Positions 17,643-27,953 of a stretch of 64,000 nt of DNA are shown here, piece by piece (within the stretch, counting starts at the first letter, position 1; each line of letters opens with the position of its first letter). Origin of the DNA: Kiritimatiellia bacterium (GTDB lineage: Bacteria > Verrucomicrobiota > Kiritimatiellia > RFP12 > UBA1067); contig JAFPUH010000001.1 of assembly GCA_017395505.1 (NCBI GenBank), positions 4,044-68,043 on the forward strand, written 5' to 3'. A model generated the notes under the pieces. The model saw only the letters and a list, made by a program, of their open reading frames with translations, was not told the origin of the DNA and searched no databases. The translations under genes and the position numbers were made by a program.

Positions 17643-18761
17643 ATGAAGATACTGCAGATACTCCCCGCGCTGGGGCAGGGCGGAGTTGAACGCGGAACGA
17701 TCGAAATCGCTGCGGCGCTCGCCAAAGCCGGAATCGAGAATGCGGTCGTCTCGAGCGGAGGCCCGATGGTCGCGCAGCTCGAGAAGCTCGGCGTCAGGCA
17801 CTACACGCTTCAGGTGCAGTCGAAGAATCCGTTAACCGTGTGGATGAACGGGGGCCGCCTCGCGAAGATCGTCCGTGAGGGCGGCTACACGCTGATGCAT
17901 GTCAGAAGCCGTGCGCCGGCCTGGAGCGTTCTCAGGGCTTCGCGCCTGACGGGAGTTCCGTATCTCGCGACTTACCACGGTCTTTACGGAACCAAACCTG
18001 CGTGGCTCAAGAAGCCCTACAACCGCGTGATGCTCAAGGGCGTCAGGGTCGTCGCCGTCTCCGATTGCGTGCGCCAGCACATCCTCGACAACTACGGGCT
18101 CGATCCTGATAGGATCGTCCGCATATACCGCGGCGCCGACATATCGGTATTCAACGGCGAGGCGCCTCATGCCGCCGAGCTGCGCAAGTCGCTCGGCTTT
18201 CCGGAGGGGCTGCCGGTCGTCACGCTGCCTGGGCGCCTCACGTATCTAAAGGGACAGAAGGATCTGATCGCCGCAGCAGGAATGATGAAGACTCGTCCGC
18301 TAGGGTTGCTCTTCGTAGGCAGCGACCAGGGGCGAACCGACTATTCGGCGGAGCTTCGCGAGATGGCGTCTAAGCTACCGAGCGACGTGAAGGTCGTGTT
18401 CCTCGAGCATTCGAGCGACATGCCTTCCATCTACGGAATGAGCGACGTAGTCGTCAGCGCGACGAGCGTCAAGCCTGAGTCGTTCGGGCGGACGATTCCA
18501 GAGGCGCAGGCGATGGGCCGGCTCGTCGTCGGCACGGCGCATGGCGGCGCCTGCGAGACGATCATGGACGGCAAGACCGGCTTTCTCGTGCCGCCGGCCG
18601 ATCCGCCGTCGCTCGCCAAGAAGCTCGACGAGGTGCTCGCGATGACTCCCGAGGCGAAGCGCGAAATGTGCGAGCGCGCGAAGGCCAGGGCTCGCGAGGA
18701 GTTCTCGACCGAGAAGATGTGCGAGCGGACCATCGAGCTGTACCGCGAACTTTCGCTGTAA
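17643..18761 (+). CDS. GT4 glycosyltransferase
   Basis: GGVERG, HVRSRAPAW, PGRL..KG, ESFGRT..EAQA. Confidence 0.92.
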   Translation: MKILQILPALGQGGVERGTIEIAAALAKAGIENAVVSSGGPMVAQLEKLGVRHYTLQVQSKNPLTVWMNGGRLAKIVREGGYTLMHVRSRAPAWSVLRASRLTGVPYLATYHGLYGTKPAWLKKPYNRVMLKGVRVVAVSDCVRQHILDNYGLDPDRIVRIYRGADISVFNGEAPHAAELRKSLGFPEGLPVVTLPGRLTYLKGQKDLIAAAGMMKTRPLGLLFVGSDQGRTDYSAELREMASKLPSDVKVVFLEHSSDMPSIYGMSDVVVSATSVKPESFGRTIPEAQAMGRLVVGTAHGGACETIMDGKTGFLVPPADPPSLAKKLDEVLAMTPEAKREMCERAKARAREEFSTEKMCERTIELYRELSL

Positions 18762-18779
18762 AGGAACGGAGGTGTGGTG

Positions 18780-19817
18780 ATGGATTTTGAACGGCTTCGC
18801 ATTCTTCTTGTGGACAACCTGATGATCAGGCGCTACGGCAACCTCAGGATGGGGCCGGGGCGCAAGTTGATGTGCGGCGCGATACGCAACAACTGGCGGC
18901 TCTGCGAATATTCCGACCGCGACATGGCGAGGCTTCTCGCACCGCTCGGCATAAGATCCATCGGCGGGGTGATCGCGAACAAGAAGCTGGTCAAGTGCGC
19001 GAAGAACTTCCGTCCTGACGTCGTGCTTCTCGGACACTGCGACTACATAACGAACGAGACGCTGTTCGAGATACGCCGGCTGCTGCCTGATGTCAGGATC
19101 GCCCACTTCAACGTCGATCCCATCTGGCAGGAGAACACGCGCAAGCAGATTGCGGACAGGATGGAGAGTTGCGACGGAGTCTTCATAACTACGGCCGGCA
19201 AGGAGCTGAAGACGTGGTGCACGGGCAGGAACTTCATGGCCTACATGCCGAATCCGAGCGATCCCTCGATGGAGCATGGCGACAACTCGAAGATCTATGA
19301 GTTCGAGCGCGACCTCTTCTATGCGGCGAATCCGAGAGAGGGCGATCCGCGGCTCGACTTCCTCAAGGCGCTCAGGCCGAAGATTGACGGCAAGCTCAGA
19401 ACCGATTTCTTCGGCATCGACAAGCCGTCGATCTGGGGCGCGAACTATGAGGATGTTCTCGCGAGCTCGAAGATGTCGCTCAACCTCAACCGCAAAGAGG
19501 GCGACAAGTGGTATTCGTCTGACAGAATCGCGCATCTGATGGGATATGGCATACTGACGTTTCAGAGTTCGCGCAACGAGATGCAGCGATTCTTCTCCGG
19601 CGACGAGACGGTCTATTTCGACGAGCCTGGCGATCTCGCGGAGAAGATACTCTGGTATCAGGCGCACGACGATGCCCGCGCGAAGGTGGCTGGCGCGGGG
19701 CGCGCGAAGTACCATTCGATATTCAGCGGCGAGCGTGTGCTGCGCTTCATGGTCGAAACACTTTACGGTGAAAACTATTCACAGCCCTACGAATGGGCGG
19801 AGGAGGTATACAGATGA
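18780..19817 (+). CDS. GT-B glycosyltransferase (CgeB/Glyco_trans_1_2-like)
   Basis: C-terminal SKMSLN...SDR...G motif and context within an LPS operon. Confidence 0.75.
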   Translation: MDFERLRILLVDNLMIRRYGNLRMGPGRKLMCGAIRNNWRLCEYSDRDMARLLAPLGIRSIGGVIANKKLVKCAKNFRPDVVLLGHCDYITNETLFEIRRLLPDVRIAHFNVDPIWQENTRKQIADRMESCDGVFITTAGKELKTWCTGRNFMAYMPNPSDPSMEHGDNSKIYEFERDLFYAANPREGDPRLDFLKALRPKIDGKLRTDFFGIDKPSIWGANYEDVLASSKMSLNLNRKEGDKWYSSDRIAHLMGYGILTFQSSRNEMQRFFSGDETVYFDEPGDLAEKILWYQAHDDARAKVAGAGRAKYHSIFSGERVLRFMVETLYGENYSQPYEWAEEVYR

Positions 19818-20869
19818 AGAGAGTCTTGTTCTGGGGCAGGTTCGATCCGGAATACTCCCGCAACAGGGTTTACATCTCGCTCTTCAAGGAGCTTGGCTGG
19901 GAGGTCGAGATATTCCAGGTCAAAGTGTGGCCTAGGTTCGGCGACATCGAAGCGCTCTTCCGCGGGCCTAAGCAGAAGCCAGACCTCGTGTGGGTGCCGG
20001 TGTGCCGCCAGCGCGACATTCTCGCTGCGTGCCGTTGGGCGCACAGGAGAGGGATAAAGGTTCTCTTCGATCCGATGATCTCCGCTTGGGACAAGAAGGT
20101 GCTCGAGCAGAAGAAGTGGAAGGCAGGGGAGCCGCGCGCGAAGCGCCTTTTGAAGCTCGAGAAGAAGATGATGAACGCGCCCGACTTCGTGACGTGGGAT
20201 ACGAGCTGCCATGTCGACTTCTGCGCCGAGACCCTCGACGTGCCGCGCGAAAAGATGCGGGCGCTCTTTACGGGAACGGACGAGAAGGTGTTCAAGCCGA
20301 CGGACGTACTGCCGCCTAGCGACGGCACCTTCCGTGTGCTGTATCACGGCGCGTATCTGCCGCTGCACGGCACCGAGACGATCGTCGAGGCCGCTCGCAT
20401 GACGCAGGATCTGCCGATACAGTGGGACTTCCTGGGCTGGGGCGCCTACAAGGCGTCGACAGAGGCGAAGGCGGCAGGACTCAAGAATGTGAGGTTTCTC
20501 GACAAGGTGCCTTATGTCAAGGTTCCGGAGGTCATAGCATCCCACGACATCGTGCTCGGCGTGTTCGGCACGACTGCCAAGGCCGCGCGGGTGATCGGCA
20601 ACAAGGTCTACGAGTGCATGGCGTGCTGCAGACCGACTATCAACGAGTTCTGCACGGGCTATCCTCCCGAAGCGAAAGACTGCAAGGCGATAAAGTTCAT
20701 ACCGCCGGGCGATGCCGCAGCGCTTGTCAAGGCAGTCGAGGAATACCGCGCCGACTGGTCCAACCGCGATATGTATTTCAAGGAGGCTCGCGACTTCTTC
20801 GAGCGGCACCTTTCGATGGCCGTCATAAAGAAGCAGCTTGAAGACATCCTCAAGGAGGTGCTTGGATGA
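19814..20869 (+). CDS. GT4-like glycosyltransferase
   Basis: YHGAYLPLHG, NKVYECMA, PGDAAAL. Confidence 0.85.
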   Translation: MKRVLFWGRFDPEYSRNRVYISLFKELGWEVEIFQVKVWPRFGDIEALFRGPKQKPDLVWVPVCRQRDILAACRWAHRRGIKVLFDPMISAWDKKVLEQKKWKAGEPRAKRLLKLEKKMMNAPDFVTWDTSCHVDFCAETLDVPREKMRALFTGTDEKVFKPTDVLPPSDGTFRVLYHGAYLPLHGTETIVEAARMTQDLPIQWDFLGWGAYKASTEAKAAGLKNVRFLDKVPYVKVPEVIASHDIVLGVFGTTAKAARVIGNKVYECMACCRPTINEFCTGYPPEAKDCKAIKFIPPGDAAALVKAVEEYRADWSNRDMYFKEARDFFERHLSMAVIKKQLEDILKEVLG

Positions 20870-22845
20870 GCATAGACTACAAGAAGGAATTCTTCGACAG
20901 GGAGTATACGGCAAGGGAGGCGTATGGCCGTGTGTGGAAGTATGCGCGCAAATACCGCTTCCGCATTGTGGTCGGCATCGTCTGCGGAATGCTGACTGCG
21001 GGAACCCTGCTGCCGCTGTTCCAGGTCATACAGCCTACGCTCGAGAAGGTTAGCGCCAACGAACAGGCGGCAGTCCAGACGAGCGAGCCAGAAGTCGGAA
21101 TCATCGCGCAGCCCGAGGCTGGGGCGCAAGTTCAGGCGCCAGCCCCCAAGAAGCATGGCCTCGCCAAGAAGATGGACGAGGCGGCCAAGCTGCCTTCGTG
21201 GTATCCGAAGGCCGAGAAGATTGCACGCAAGCTGGGGATTGAGCTTCAGGACGAAAGCGGCGCGATGGGTGGCGCTCTCGTGCTGATGGCGATAGTGATA
21301 ATTCCCTTCGTCGCATTCGTGCGGCTTGGGCTGATATTCCTGAACCAGTACTGCCTGACGTGGTCGGCGTCGAAGGTGGTCGCCGACTTGCGCGTAGACA
21401 TACTGAAGCATATCCAGCGCCAGTCGGTGCAGTTCCACGGGCGCATAGACGTCGGACAGCTCATGTCGCGCGCGACCGGAGATCCGCAGATCGTGCAGTC
21501 GATAATCCAGACCATGCTCTCGGAGCTGGCGAGAGCGCCGTTCGAGATCGCGGTTTCGGTCGGCTTCATCATATGGTTCGCTATCGCAAACCATCAGCTC
21601 CCGACGCTCGCCGTCATATTCATCGGCATGCCGGCTTTCATGCTGCCTGTCGTCTCGCTAGGCAAGATGATACGCAAATGGAGCCGTCGTACGCTCGAGC
21701 GCAGCTCGGTGGTGGGCAGCCGCATACACGAGATACTTACGTGCGTGCGCGTCGTGAAGGCTTACGATACGGAGGACTTTGAGAACGAGAAATACGAGAC
21801 GGTCAACCGCACGCTCTTCAAGACCACGATGCGTGCAGTGCGCTGGGGTCTACTCGTCGGGCCGACGGTAGAGACGATCGGCATTGTGCTCATCTGCGCG
21901 TTTCTCGTTTACTGCTTCGCCGCGCATGTCACGCTCGCCAACGTGATACCGATGATCGCGCCCCTGCTGCTCATCTACAAGCCGCTCAAGCAGATGGCCA
22001 ACCTTCAGGTGCAGATTGAGACGGCTCAGGCGTCGCTGCAGCGTATATGGTCGATACTCGACGTCAACATGGAGCTGCCCGAGAAGCCCGACGCTAAGGA
22101 GAAGACATCGTTCGACGGAAAGATCGTCTTCGACGACGTGTGCTTCCGCTACGACACGGCCGACCACGACGCCGTCAGCCATGCCTCGTTTGAGATCGGG
22201 CGCGGCAAGATGGTTGCCGTCGTCGGTGGTACAGGCTCCGGCAAGACAACGATGTCGGGGCTGCTCGCCCGCTTCTACGATCCGAGCTCCGGACGCGTCA
22301 CAATGGACGGCACGGACCTGCGCGACCTGCGTATCGCAGATCTCCGTCGGCTCGTCGGGTCTGTCCAGCAGGAGACGATACTTTTCAACGACACGATCGA
22401 GGAGAACATTCGCTACGGCACGCCCAACGCAACGCATGAGCAGGTCGTAGCGGCCGCGAAGCTGGCAAATGCCCACGAGTTCATCATGGCGCAGCCAGAG
22501 GGATATTCCCGCTTGGCCGGCGAGAAGGGCTTTGCACTTTCTGGTGGCGAGCGTCAGCGCATAGCAATCGCCCGCGCGATACTTCGCAATCCGCCGATAC
22601 TGATTCTCGATGAAGCGACCAGCGCGCTTGACACCGTCACAGAAAAGCTTGTGCAGGATGCTCTCACCAACTTGATGCAGAACAGGACGGTGTTCGCGAT
22701 CGCACACAGACTTTCGACCATCCGCGATGCTGACCTCATACTCGTGATGGAGCATGGCGAGATCGTCGAGCGCGGAACCCACGACGAGCTCTATGCGGCG
22801 AACGGGGTTTACCGCAGGCTGTGCGACATGCAGCACCAGAAGTAG
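20866..22845 (+). CDS. MsbA-like ABC exporter (TMD plus NBD)
   Basis: GGTGSGKT, LSGGERQR, ILDEATSALD, IAHRLST. Adjacent to a lipid A acyltransferase-like gene. Confidence 0.92.
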   Translation: MSIDYKKEFFDREYTAREAYGRVWKYARKYRFRIVVGIVCGMLTAGTLLPLFQVIQPTLEKVSANEQAAVQTSEPEVGIIAQPEAGAQVQAPAPKKHGLAKKMDEAAKLPSWYPKAEKIARKLGIELQDESGAMGGALVLMAIVIIPFVAFVRLGLIFLNQYCLTWSASKVVADLRVDILKHIQRQSVQFHGRIDVGQLMSRATGDPQIVQSIIQTMLSELARAPFEIAVSVGFIIWFAIANHQLPTLAVIFIGMPAFMLPVVSLGKMIRKWSRRTLERSSVVGSRIHEILTCVRVVKAYDTEDFENEKYETVNRTLFKTTMRAVRWGLLVGPTVETIGIVLICAFLVYCFAAHVTLANVIPMIAPLLLIYKPLKQMANLQVQIETAQASLQRIWSILDVNMELPEKPDAKEKTSFDGKIVFDDVCFRYDTADHDAVSHASFEIGRGKMVAVVGGTGSGKTTMSGLLARFYDPSSGRVTMDGTDLRDLRIADLRRLVGSVQQETILFNDTIEENIRYGTPNATHEQVVAAAKLANAHEFIMAQPEGYSRLAGEKGFALSGGERQRIAIARAILRNPPILILDEATSALDTVTEKLVQDALTNLMQNRTVFAIAHRLSTIRDADLILVMEHGEIVERGTHDELYAANGVYRRLCDMQHQK

Positions 22846-22856
22846 GGGAGGATACG

Positions 22857-23849
22857 ATGGCGACAACGCGCAGCAAGCAGATAAAGCGGGCGATGCGTCG
22901 TCCGTTCGAGTGGCTCGGCATCTTTCTCGCGGAGCTGCTTTTTTCGAACGTGTCGCACAGGATGCTCTTCCGGCTGTGCGACCTGCTGAGTGCTGCGTTC
23001 TATCGCTTCGATGAACGCGGGCGCAAGCAGTCGCTCATTAACCTTCGCGTAATCGAGGGCAAGGGGCCTCCAATCGTCCCCGGCCTTATGCAGCACGCGT
23101 TCAACCCGAAGTATCTCACCTACGACCCTACGTCGCGTGAAGAGAAGATCATCCGCCGCAGCTACCGCAACATGGCGCGAACCATCGGCCACATATTCTG
23201 GACATCGAAGAATGCCGCCAAGAGGGCTGGTTCCATCGCGGAGCTCTCGCCGAAGTGCAGAGCGATCCTCGAGGCCAATCCTGTGGCGATAACCGTGTCT
23301 GCGCACATGGGCTGCTGGGAGGTTCTCTCACAGCTGGTGCATCTCATGGGCCACCCGATGATATCAGTCGCGAAGGACATCGGCTCTAAGGCGATGACGA
23401 AGCTGCTCATGAAGTCGCGCAGATCGATCGGACAGGAGATCGTGCCGGCGCAAGGCGCATTCCGTCCGCTTATGCAGGCGTTGAAGGATGGAAAGGACAT
23501 CGGGCTTCTCGTTGACCAGTTCGTGAACAAGAAGGACGGCGGCATCTGGGTTTGGTTCCTGGGGCGTCCTATGTGCGTGTCAGTTGCTCCGGCGTTCCTT
23601 TCTGCCAAGACGCACGTACCAATCATCGTCGCGTGGTCACGTCCGCTCAAGAACGGACACTACGTCTGCGAACATCTTGCGACGTTCGAGTGGGAGAAGG
23701 GCATGGATATCCGTCAACGGACGATCGACGTGCTCAGAGCAATCGAGCGGACGATCCGCCGCCACCCATCATGTTGGGTCTTGAACTACCGCTACTTCAA
23801 CGAGGGTCCGACCGAAGAGGAACTCTCTGCACTTACGGCCTCGTTGTAG
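22857..23849 (+). CDS. lipid A late acyltransferase (LpxL/HtrB family)
   Basis: AHMGCWE, GLLVDQ, V.FLGRP, E..IR.HP..W. Confidence 0.82.
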   Translation: MATTRSKQIKRAMRRPFEWLGIFLAELLFSNVSHRMLFRLCDLLSAAFYRFDERGRKQSLINLRVIEGKGPPIVPGLMQHAFNPKYLTYDPTSREEKIIRRSYRNMARTIGHIFWTSKNAAKRAGSIAELSPKCRAILEANPVAITVSAHMGCWEVLSQLVHLMGHPMISVAKDIGSKAMTKLLMKSRRSIGQEIVPAQGAFRPLMQALKDGKDIGLLVDQFVNKKDGGIWVWFLGRPMCVSVAPAFLSAKTHVPIIVAWSRPLKNGHYVCEHLATFEWEKGMDIRQRTIDVLRAIERTIRRHPSCWVLNYRYFNEGPTEEELSALTASL

Positions 23850-24649
23850 GCTGCATGGGTCGGGCGGAACGAGTCGTCGTATCTGGCATGGGCGAATATG
23901 CCCTCTGATATCGCGACCCGCACCTTGAGGTTTCGCCAATACTTGCCGTTGATTATGATTTCCGGGACAGGACGACCGTTCAGCGTTCGGGAGTGTTCTT
24001 TGTGCGCATCGGCCCACTCGAGCAGTTCAAGAGTCAGCTTGTGAGATGCCATGAAAGGCTGGTCGGAATAGTTCGTGTAACGCGAGTCGGTTATGAATGT
24101 GAAGCCGTCGCGCTTGAATATATCCGGATAGGCCGTCGCGGGATCCTTCAGCGCGGCAGGTGCGCGGCCGATCATCCTGTTGGCCTTGAAAGGCCGCAAA
24201 AGTCTGCGGAACTTCAGCCTCAAGGTATCCGGCTCCCCGTCCGCCGGCCAGTATTCGAGATACTTCATCTTGTCGGAGAACGTCGGGTCGAACCTGTCGC
24301 GCAGTCTTACCATTTCAGCGGCTCCGCTCGAGAGCAGCCGCTTGGCGTCGGCGATACGCGCCGCCAGCACATCCGGAGGAACATTGACCGGATTGTCGTT
24401 CTGGACGAGCATTACTGTGTCACCCTTGAGGCATTTGACGAGCTCGAGGGTGCCGCCGAGGATGCCAAGATTCTCGGACCCTCCTTCTGCCCTAAAGCCG
24501 AACTCTTCAGCTATCGCCTTGTCTTCAGGCGTAAGCGCATTGAAGTATATGACAGCCTCGTCAACGAGGGGCAGGAGGTGGGTGTATGAGGAGAGGGTTT
24601 TCCTCAAGGTGTCGTGGGCACGCCACGAGAGCATTCCAAGCGACAACAT
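23792..24649 (-). CDS. hypothetical protein, possibly GT-A glycosyltransferase
   Basis: N.GI..G and LVQND (DXD-like) motifs. Follows a GT-like gene. Confidence 0.55.
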   Translation of the reverse strand: MLSLGMLSWRAHDTLRKTLSSYTHLLPLVDEAVIYFNALTPEDKAIAEEFGFRAEGGSENLGILGGTLELVKCLKGDTVMLVQNDNPVNVPPDVLAARIADAKRLLSSGAAEMVRLRDRFDPTFSDKMKYLEYWPADGEPDTLRLKFRRLLRPFKANRMIGRAPAALKDPATAYPDIFKRDGFTFITDSRYTNYSDQPFMASHKLTLELLEWADAHKEHSRTLNGRPVPEIIINGKYWRNLKVRVAISEGIFAHARYDDSFRPTHAAYNEAVSAESSSSVGPSLK

Positions 24650-24650
24650 A

Positions 24651-25412
24651 TCAGACCGCCTCCCAAAGAGCCTTTACCCAAGCGCAGGGCTTGACCCATG
24701 TGTTGAGGTGCTTGCCGCGATAGCCGGCGATCGCTTCATGCGGACTCGGCGCGCCGTGGAAACACAGTATCGATGCACCGCTCGGCTTCTTTGCGCCGAG
24801 GAAAAGGTTCAGCGGGAATATGCGCACGCATGAGCGCTTGAAGGACTTCACCCAGCCAGACGGCCACCAGTTGACCTTGTCGAGACCGACGGCGTGTGTC
24901 ATGAACGCCTGCTCGGTGCGGAAGAAGCGCTGGTCGACGGCGCGGTCCATATCGGCGAGGAACGCCTCGTAGACGTATTCCATCTTGCCGGCCTCGAAGC
25001 GGAAGCAGCTGGAGTTGCCAACCTTGGGGAGCCTGCGGAAAAGACGCTTGCGAAGCTCGATCCAGTTTCTGATGATGCAGAACTCGCCAGGACGGTAGTC
25101 GAAGAAGCGCCCCATGTCGCCGACGATTATCTGGTCGATGTCGAGAAACAGCGTCGGACCCTCAAGCCCAGCGAGGCCTTTGCGGAACAGGCAGAGCTTG
25201 ACGAATATGTTCGGCCAGCCGTACTTCCAGCCGGGCGGAGGCTCGGGGAACGGAGCGGCCTCGACACCGTCTGCGAGCCCGGTCGGATCGTCTGTGAAGC
25301 AAACGAAGCGGAAGGGCCTGTCCATATGAGCCTTGACGCCGTTGTATAGCCTATTAACGTAATCGGGACCGTAGAACGTACCCCACTTAAGGCATATTAC
25401 ATTTACTTTCAT
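24651..25412 (-). CDS. putative GT-A glycosyltransferase
   Basis: ICLKWG..Y, FVCFTD, LFLDID, NSS, EQ.F, CFHG.P motifs. Confidence 0.78.
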   Translation of the reverse strand: MKVNVICLKWGTFYGPDYVNRLYNGVKAHMDRPFRFVCFTDDPTGLADGVEAAPFPEPPPGWKYGWPNIFVKLCLFRKGLAGLEGPTLFLDIDQIIVGDMGRFFDYRPGEFCIIRNWIELRKRLFRRLPKVGNSSCFRFEAGKMEYVYEAFLADMDRAVDQRFFRTEQAFMTHAVGLDKVNWWPSGWVKSFKRSCVRIFPLNLFLGAKKPSGASILCFHGAPSPHEAIAGYRGKHLNTWVKPCAWVKALWEAV

Positions 25413-25578
25413 GCAGTCATTATACCATAATTGAAGCGGGTTGTGCCATATGAAAAACTTTGGTGCGATACTTGCGCATTTATGGATAACCCGATTTTGC
25501 GGCCGTCATCTTGACGAGAGCCGATATTTATGGGATAATACCCCAAACGCGATTGTGCGTTCGAAAGGAGACACTGTC

Positions 25579-26295
25579 ATGAACCTCATAACATCCAGGA
25601 AGTCGTGGCTTACCGCCCCTGTTTTGGCGCTCGTCTGCCTCGCCATATTCGTGTGCATCTGGTCCGCTCTCGACCCGGCTACCGTCACAAGTCTTTTCGA
25701 CAACCACGGCGCCTCGCCCGTCGAACTGATGACGCTTCCTCTCTTTGCGCTGATCATTCCGCTCGTGTGGCTTTGTCCGCCATGCGGCGGCAGCACCAAG
25801 AGGCAGTGCGCTTGGGCCGCGCTCTGGTCGCTGTTGGCGATCATGGCAATCGTGCGCGAGACCGACCTTCACAAGATGCTTTTCGCGTCCATCTGGCCCG
25901 ACATCGCCGAGAGTTTCACAGGCACGGTCTTCAAGATGCGCTTTCTGAAGGCGGGCTACATTCCGTTCATGCCGAAGCTGTTCGTCGTCGCCTTCTTCGC
26001 GCTCTTCTTCGTGGCGGTGATTCTGCCGCTAGTGCGCTATATCGTGCCGCTCGTCAAGGGGTTCTTCAAGCTTGAGCCTGTCGCTTGGACCATGGCAACA
26101 TTCGGTGCGGCGAGTGTCGTCGTGATGATTGTGGACCGCCTGCCCGCGAATCTTCGCCATGCCGGTGTCGAGCTTTCGGAGACGACTCTCTCGCTCTTAA
26201 CCGTCCTGGAGGAGGGCGGCGAAATGACGATGGCCTTGATGGCGCTGTTGGCCGCGCTGCAGTCGCATCTCATTTTCGACCGTCCCAAAGAGTAG
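25579..26295 (+). CDS. multi-pass membrane protein
   Basis: About 6 hydrophobic helices, RE.D and EE..E motifs, AAAGGAG RBS. Confidence 0.75.
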   Translation: MNLITSRKSWLTAPVLALVCLAIFVCIWSALDPATVTSLFDNHGASPVELMTLPLFALIIPLVWLCPPCGGSTKRQCAWAALWSLLAIMAIVRETDLHKMLFASIWPDIAESFTGTVFKMRFLKAGYIPFMPKLFVVAFFALFFVAVILPLVRYIVPLVKGFFKLEPVAWTMATFGAASVVVMIVDRLPANLRHAGVELSETTLSLLTVLEEGGEMTMALMALLAALQSHLIFDRPKE

Positions 26296-26335
26296 GTAAA
26301 TTGCGTGATAATGTTGTTTTTGCTATAATACCTGC

Positions 26336-27253
26336 GTGATGAGCGAGCCAGTATCAATATCGTTCTCAGTATCTGACAACTATTCTCAACATCTTGCTGT
26401 CGTGCTGGCGAGTGTGCTTGTCAACAACCCGTCATCCCGCTTCGTGTTCCATGTGCTTCATCGCAACATAACCGAAGCCAACCAGGCTTGCATACGCGAG
26501 CTTGAGCGGATGTATGGGAATTGCGAGGTGAAGTTTCACCTCATAGACGATTCGCAGTTTGCGAAGTTTCCGATACCGCCGGAGCTTGAGCATGTGACGC
26601 AGGAGATGTATTACCGCTACATTCTGCCTGATGTGCTCGCCGACGAAGACCGCACAATCTACAGCGATGTCGATGTGCTTTGCGTCGGCGATTTGCGGCC
26701 GCTTTGGGAGCTGGATCTCAAGGGCAACATACTTGCGGCCGTGTCGGAAGGCGAGGCTGGCGAGTGGAAGAAAAGCCTGATGGGGATTGAGGGCGACGCG
26801 CCTTATTTCTATTCGGGGCTTCTCGTAATGGACCTCAAGGAGATGCGTCAGGGCGACTATGCGCGTCAGCTGATGGAGAATACTGTAAAGTATGCCGCGA
26901 AAATATCTTGGCCCGATCAGGACATAATAAACCTCACCTTCAGGGATAAGATACTTCAGCTTGGGCCAGAGTGGGACGGAATAAACGTTCGCTACAGTCC
27001 GTTCAGAAAAGACATAGTCATATGGCACTTCCCTGGCTTCACGCTCAAGCCTTGGTGCAATATCTGGAAGAACACTACCTGGCCGCTCTACCTCAAGTAC
27101 CTTCTTAAGTCACCATACAGCTTCAATGCGGCAAAGTTCATGTGGGGCCATGTCAAAGGCTTTTTCTTCTTCAAGTACACCAAGAAGCAAACAACCCGCT
27201 ATCTCGTATGCGGCATCCGCGTCTGGAAGAGCAAGGCGAAGGAGGCGGCGTGA
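26336..27253 (+). CDS. GT8 glycosyltransferase
   Basis: YYRY.LP, IYSDVD, F.SG, PDQDIIN, IWH...KPW. Confidence 0.93.
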   Translation: MMSEPVSISFSVSDNYSQHLAVVLASVLVNNPSSRFVFHVLHRNITEANQACIRELERMYGNCEVKFHLIDDSQFAKFPIPPELEHVTQEMYYRYILPDVLADEDRTIYSDVDVLCVGDLRPLWELDLKGNILAAVSEGEAGEWKKSLMGIEGDAPYFYSGLLVMDLKEMRQGDYARQLMENTVKYAAKISWPDQDIINLTFRDKILQLGPEWDGINVRYSPFRKDIVIWHFPGFTLKPWCNIWKNTTWPLYLKYLLKSPYSFNAAKFMWGHVKGFFFFKYTKKQTTRYLVCGIRVWKSKAKEAA

Positions 27254-27258
27254 GCGAT

Positions 27259-27534
27259 TTATCCATATACCTCGTCATGAGAACCGATGTTGACAAGCTC
27301 AATCTCGGATTCAAGAATGCGCAAAATCAGCGTGATACGATAGGTGTATGTGATACTGACAGCATGAAGTCCAGCAAGATCTCCAGTAAGGGCATGGAGC
27401 CGCAGCGAAGGCGCGAACGGATTTTCGCTCAACATGCGGAACGTTGCGGCAACCTTTTCGCGAAGTTCCGGATGTCTGCGGGCAAACCGGCGGAGCGCTC
27501 TCTCAAAGCCGGTCGTTTGTATCAGACTGAACAG
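27259..27534 (-). CDS. RelE/YafQ-superfamily toxin with non-canonical CTG start
   Basis: Not in the ORF track. Manual translation gives LFSLIQTTGFERALRRF...SLRLHALTGDLAGLHAVSITYTYRI...LVNIGSHDEVYG (91 aa), overlapping the antitoxin end. Confidence 0.82.
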   Translation of the reverse strand: MFSLIQTTGFERALRRFARRHPELREKVAATFRMLSENPFAPSLRLHALTGDLAGLHAVSITYTYRITLILRILESEIELVNIGSHDEVYG

Positions 27535-27794
27535 GAAGCCGTTTCCTCGTCAAACGTTGCCATGAGTTCATCCACCGTTGTGCGCTTGCCGAGCCCCTCC
27601 CTTAGCTCCGCCATCGACTCGTGGCATGCCTTTACGAACATCTCATGTCTCATACGCTTGAAATCGTCGGCGAAGAGAACTACATATTTGGGCGTGTTGT
27701 TTGCAATAACCCACACCGGGCCGTCTTTCAACTGCTCGTTCATAGCGCTCATTCCGCGCCGTTTTATTTCCTGCGCCGCCATTGTCGTCATCAT
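27522..27794 (-). CDS. Phd/YefM-family antitoxin
   Basis: AQEIKRRG...GPVWVIANNTPKYVVL, AAGGAG RBS, acidic tail. Directly upstream of the toxin. Confidence 0.85.
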   Translation of the reverse strand: MMTTMAAQEIKRRGMSAMNEQLKDGPVWVIANNTPKYVVLFADDFKRMRHEMFVKACHESMAELREGLGKRTTVDELMATFDEETASCSV

Positions 27795-27817
27795 GACTTT
27801 CTCCTTCCAGACTCTTT

Positions 27818-27844
27818 TTAGTGCAAAAATCGGCACTAATTATA
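27818..27844 (-). promoter_or_regulatory. TA operon -10 box and palindromic operator
   Basis: TTAGTGC-N8-GCACTAA (27818-27839) abutting a minus-strand TATAAT (27839-27844). Confidence 0.7.
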
Positions 27845-27953
27845 ACACATTCTTGGTGCTAAAATCAAGGGGTAAAGATTTTTCTGCCTATGGCACCAGG
27901 CATAAGAACTGCGTTTTAGAAGTATTTGACAGCGCCATTCCAAAGGAGGCTGC

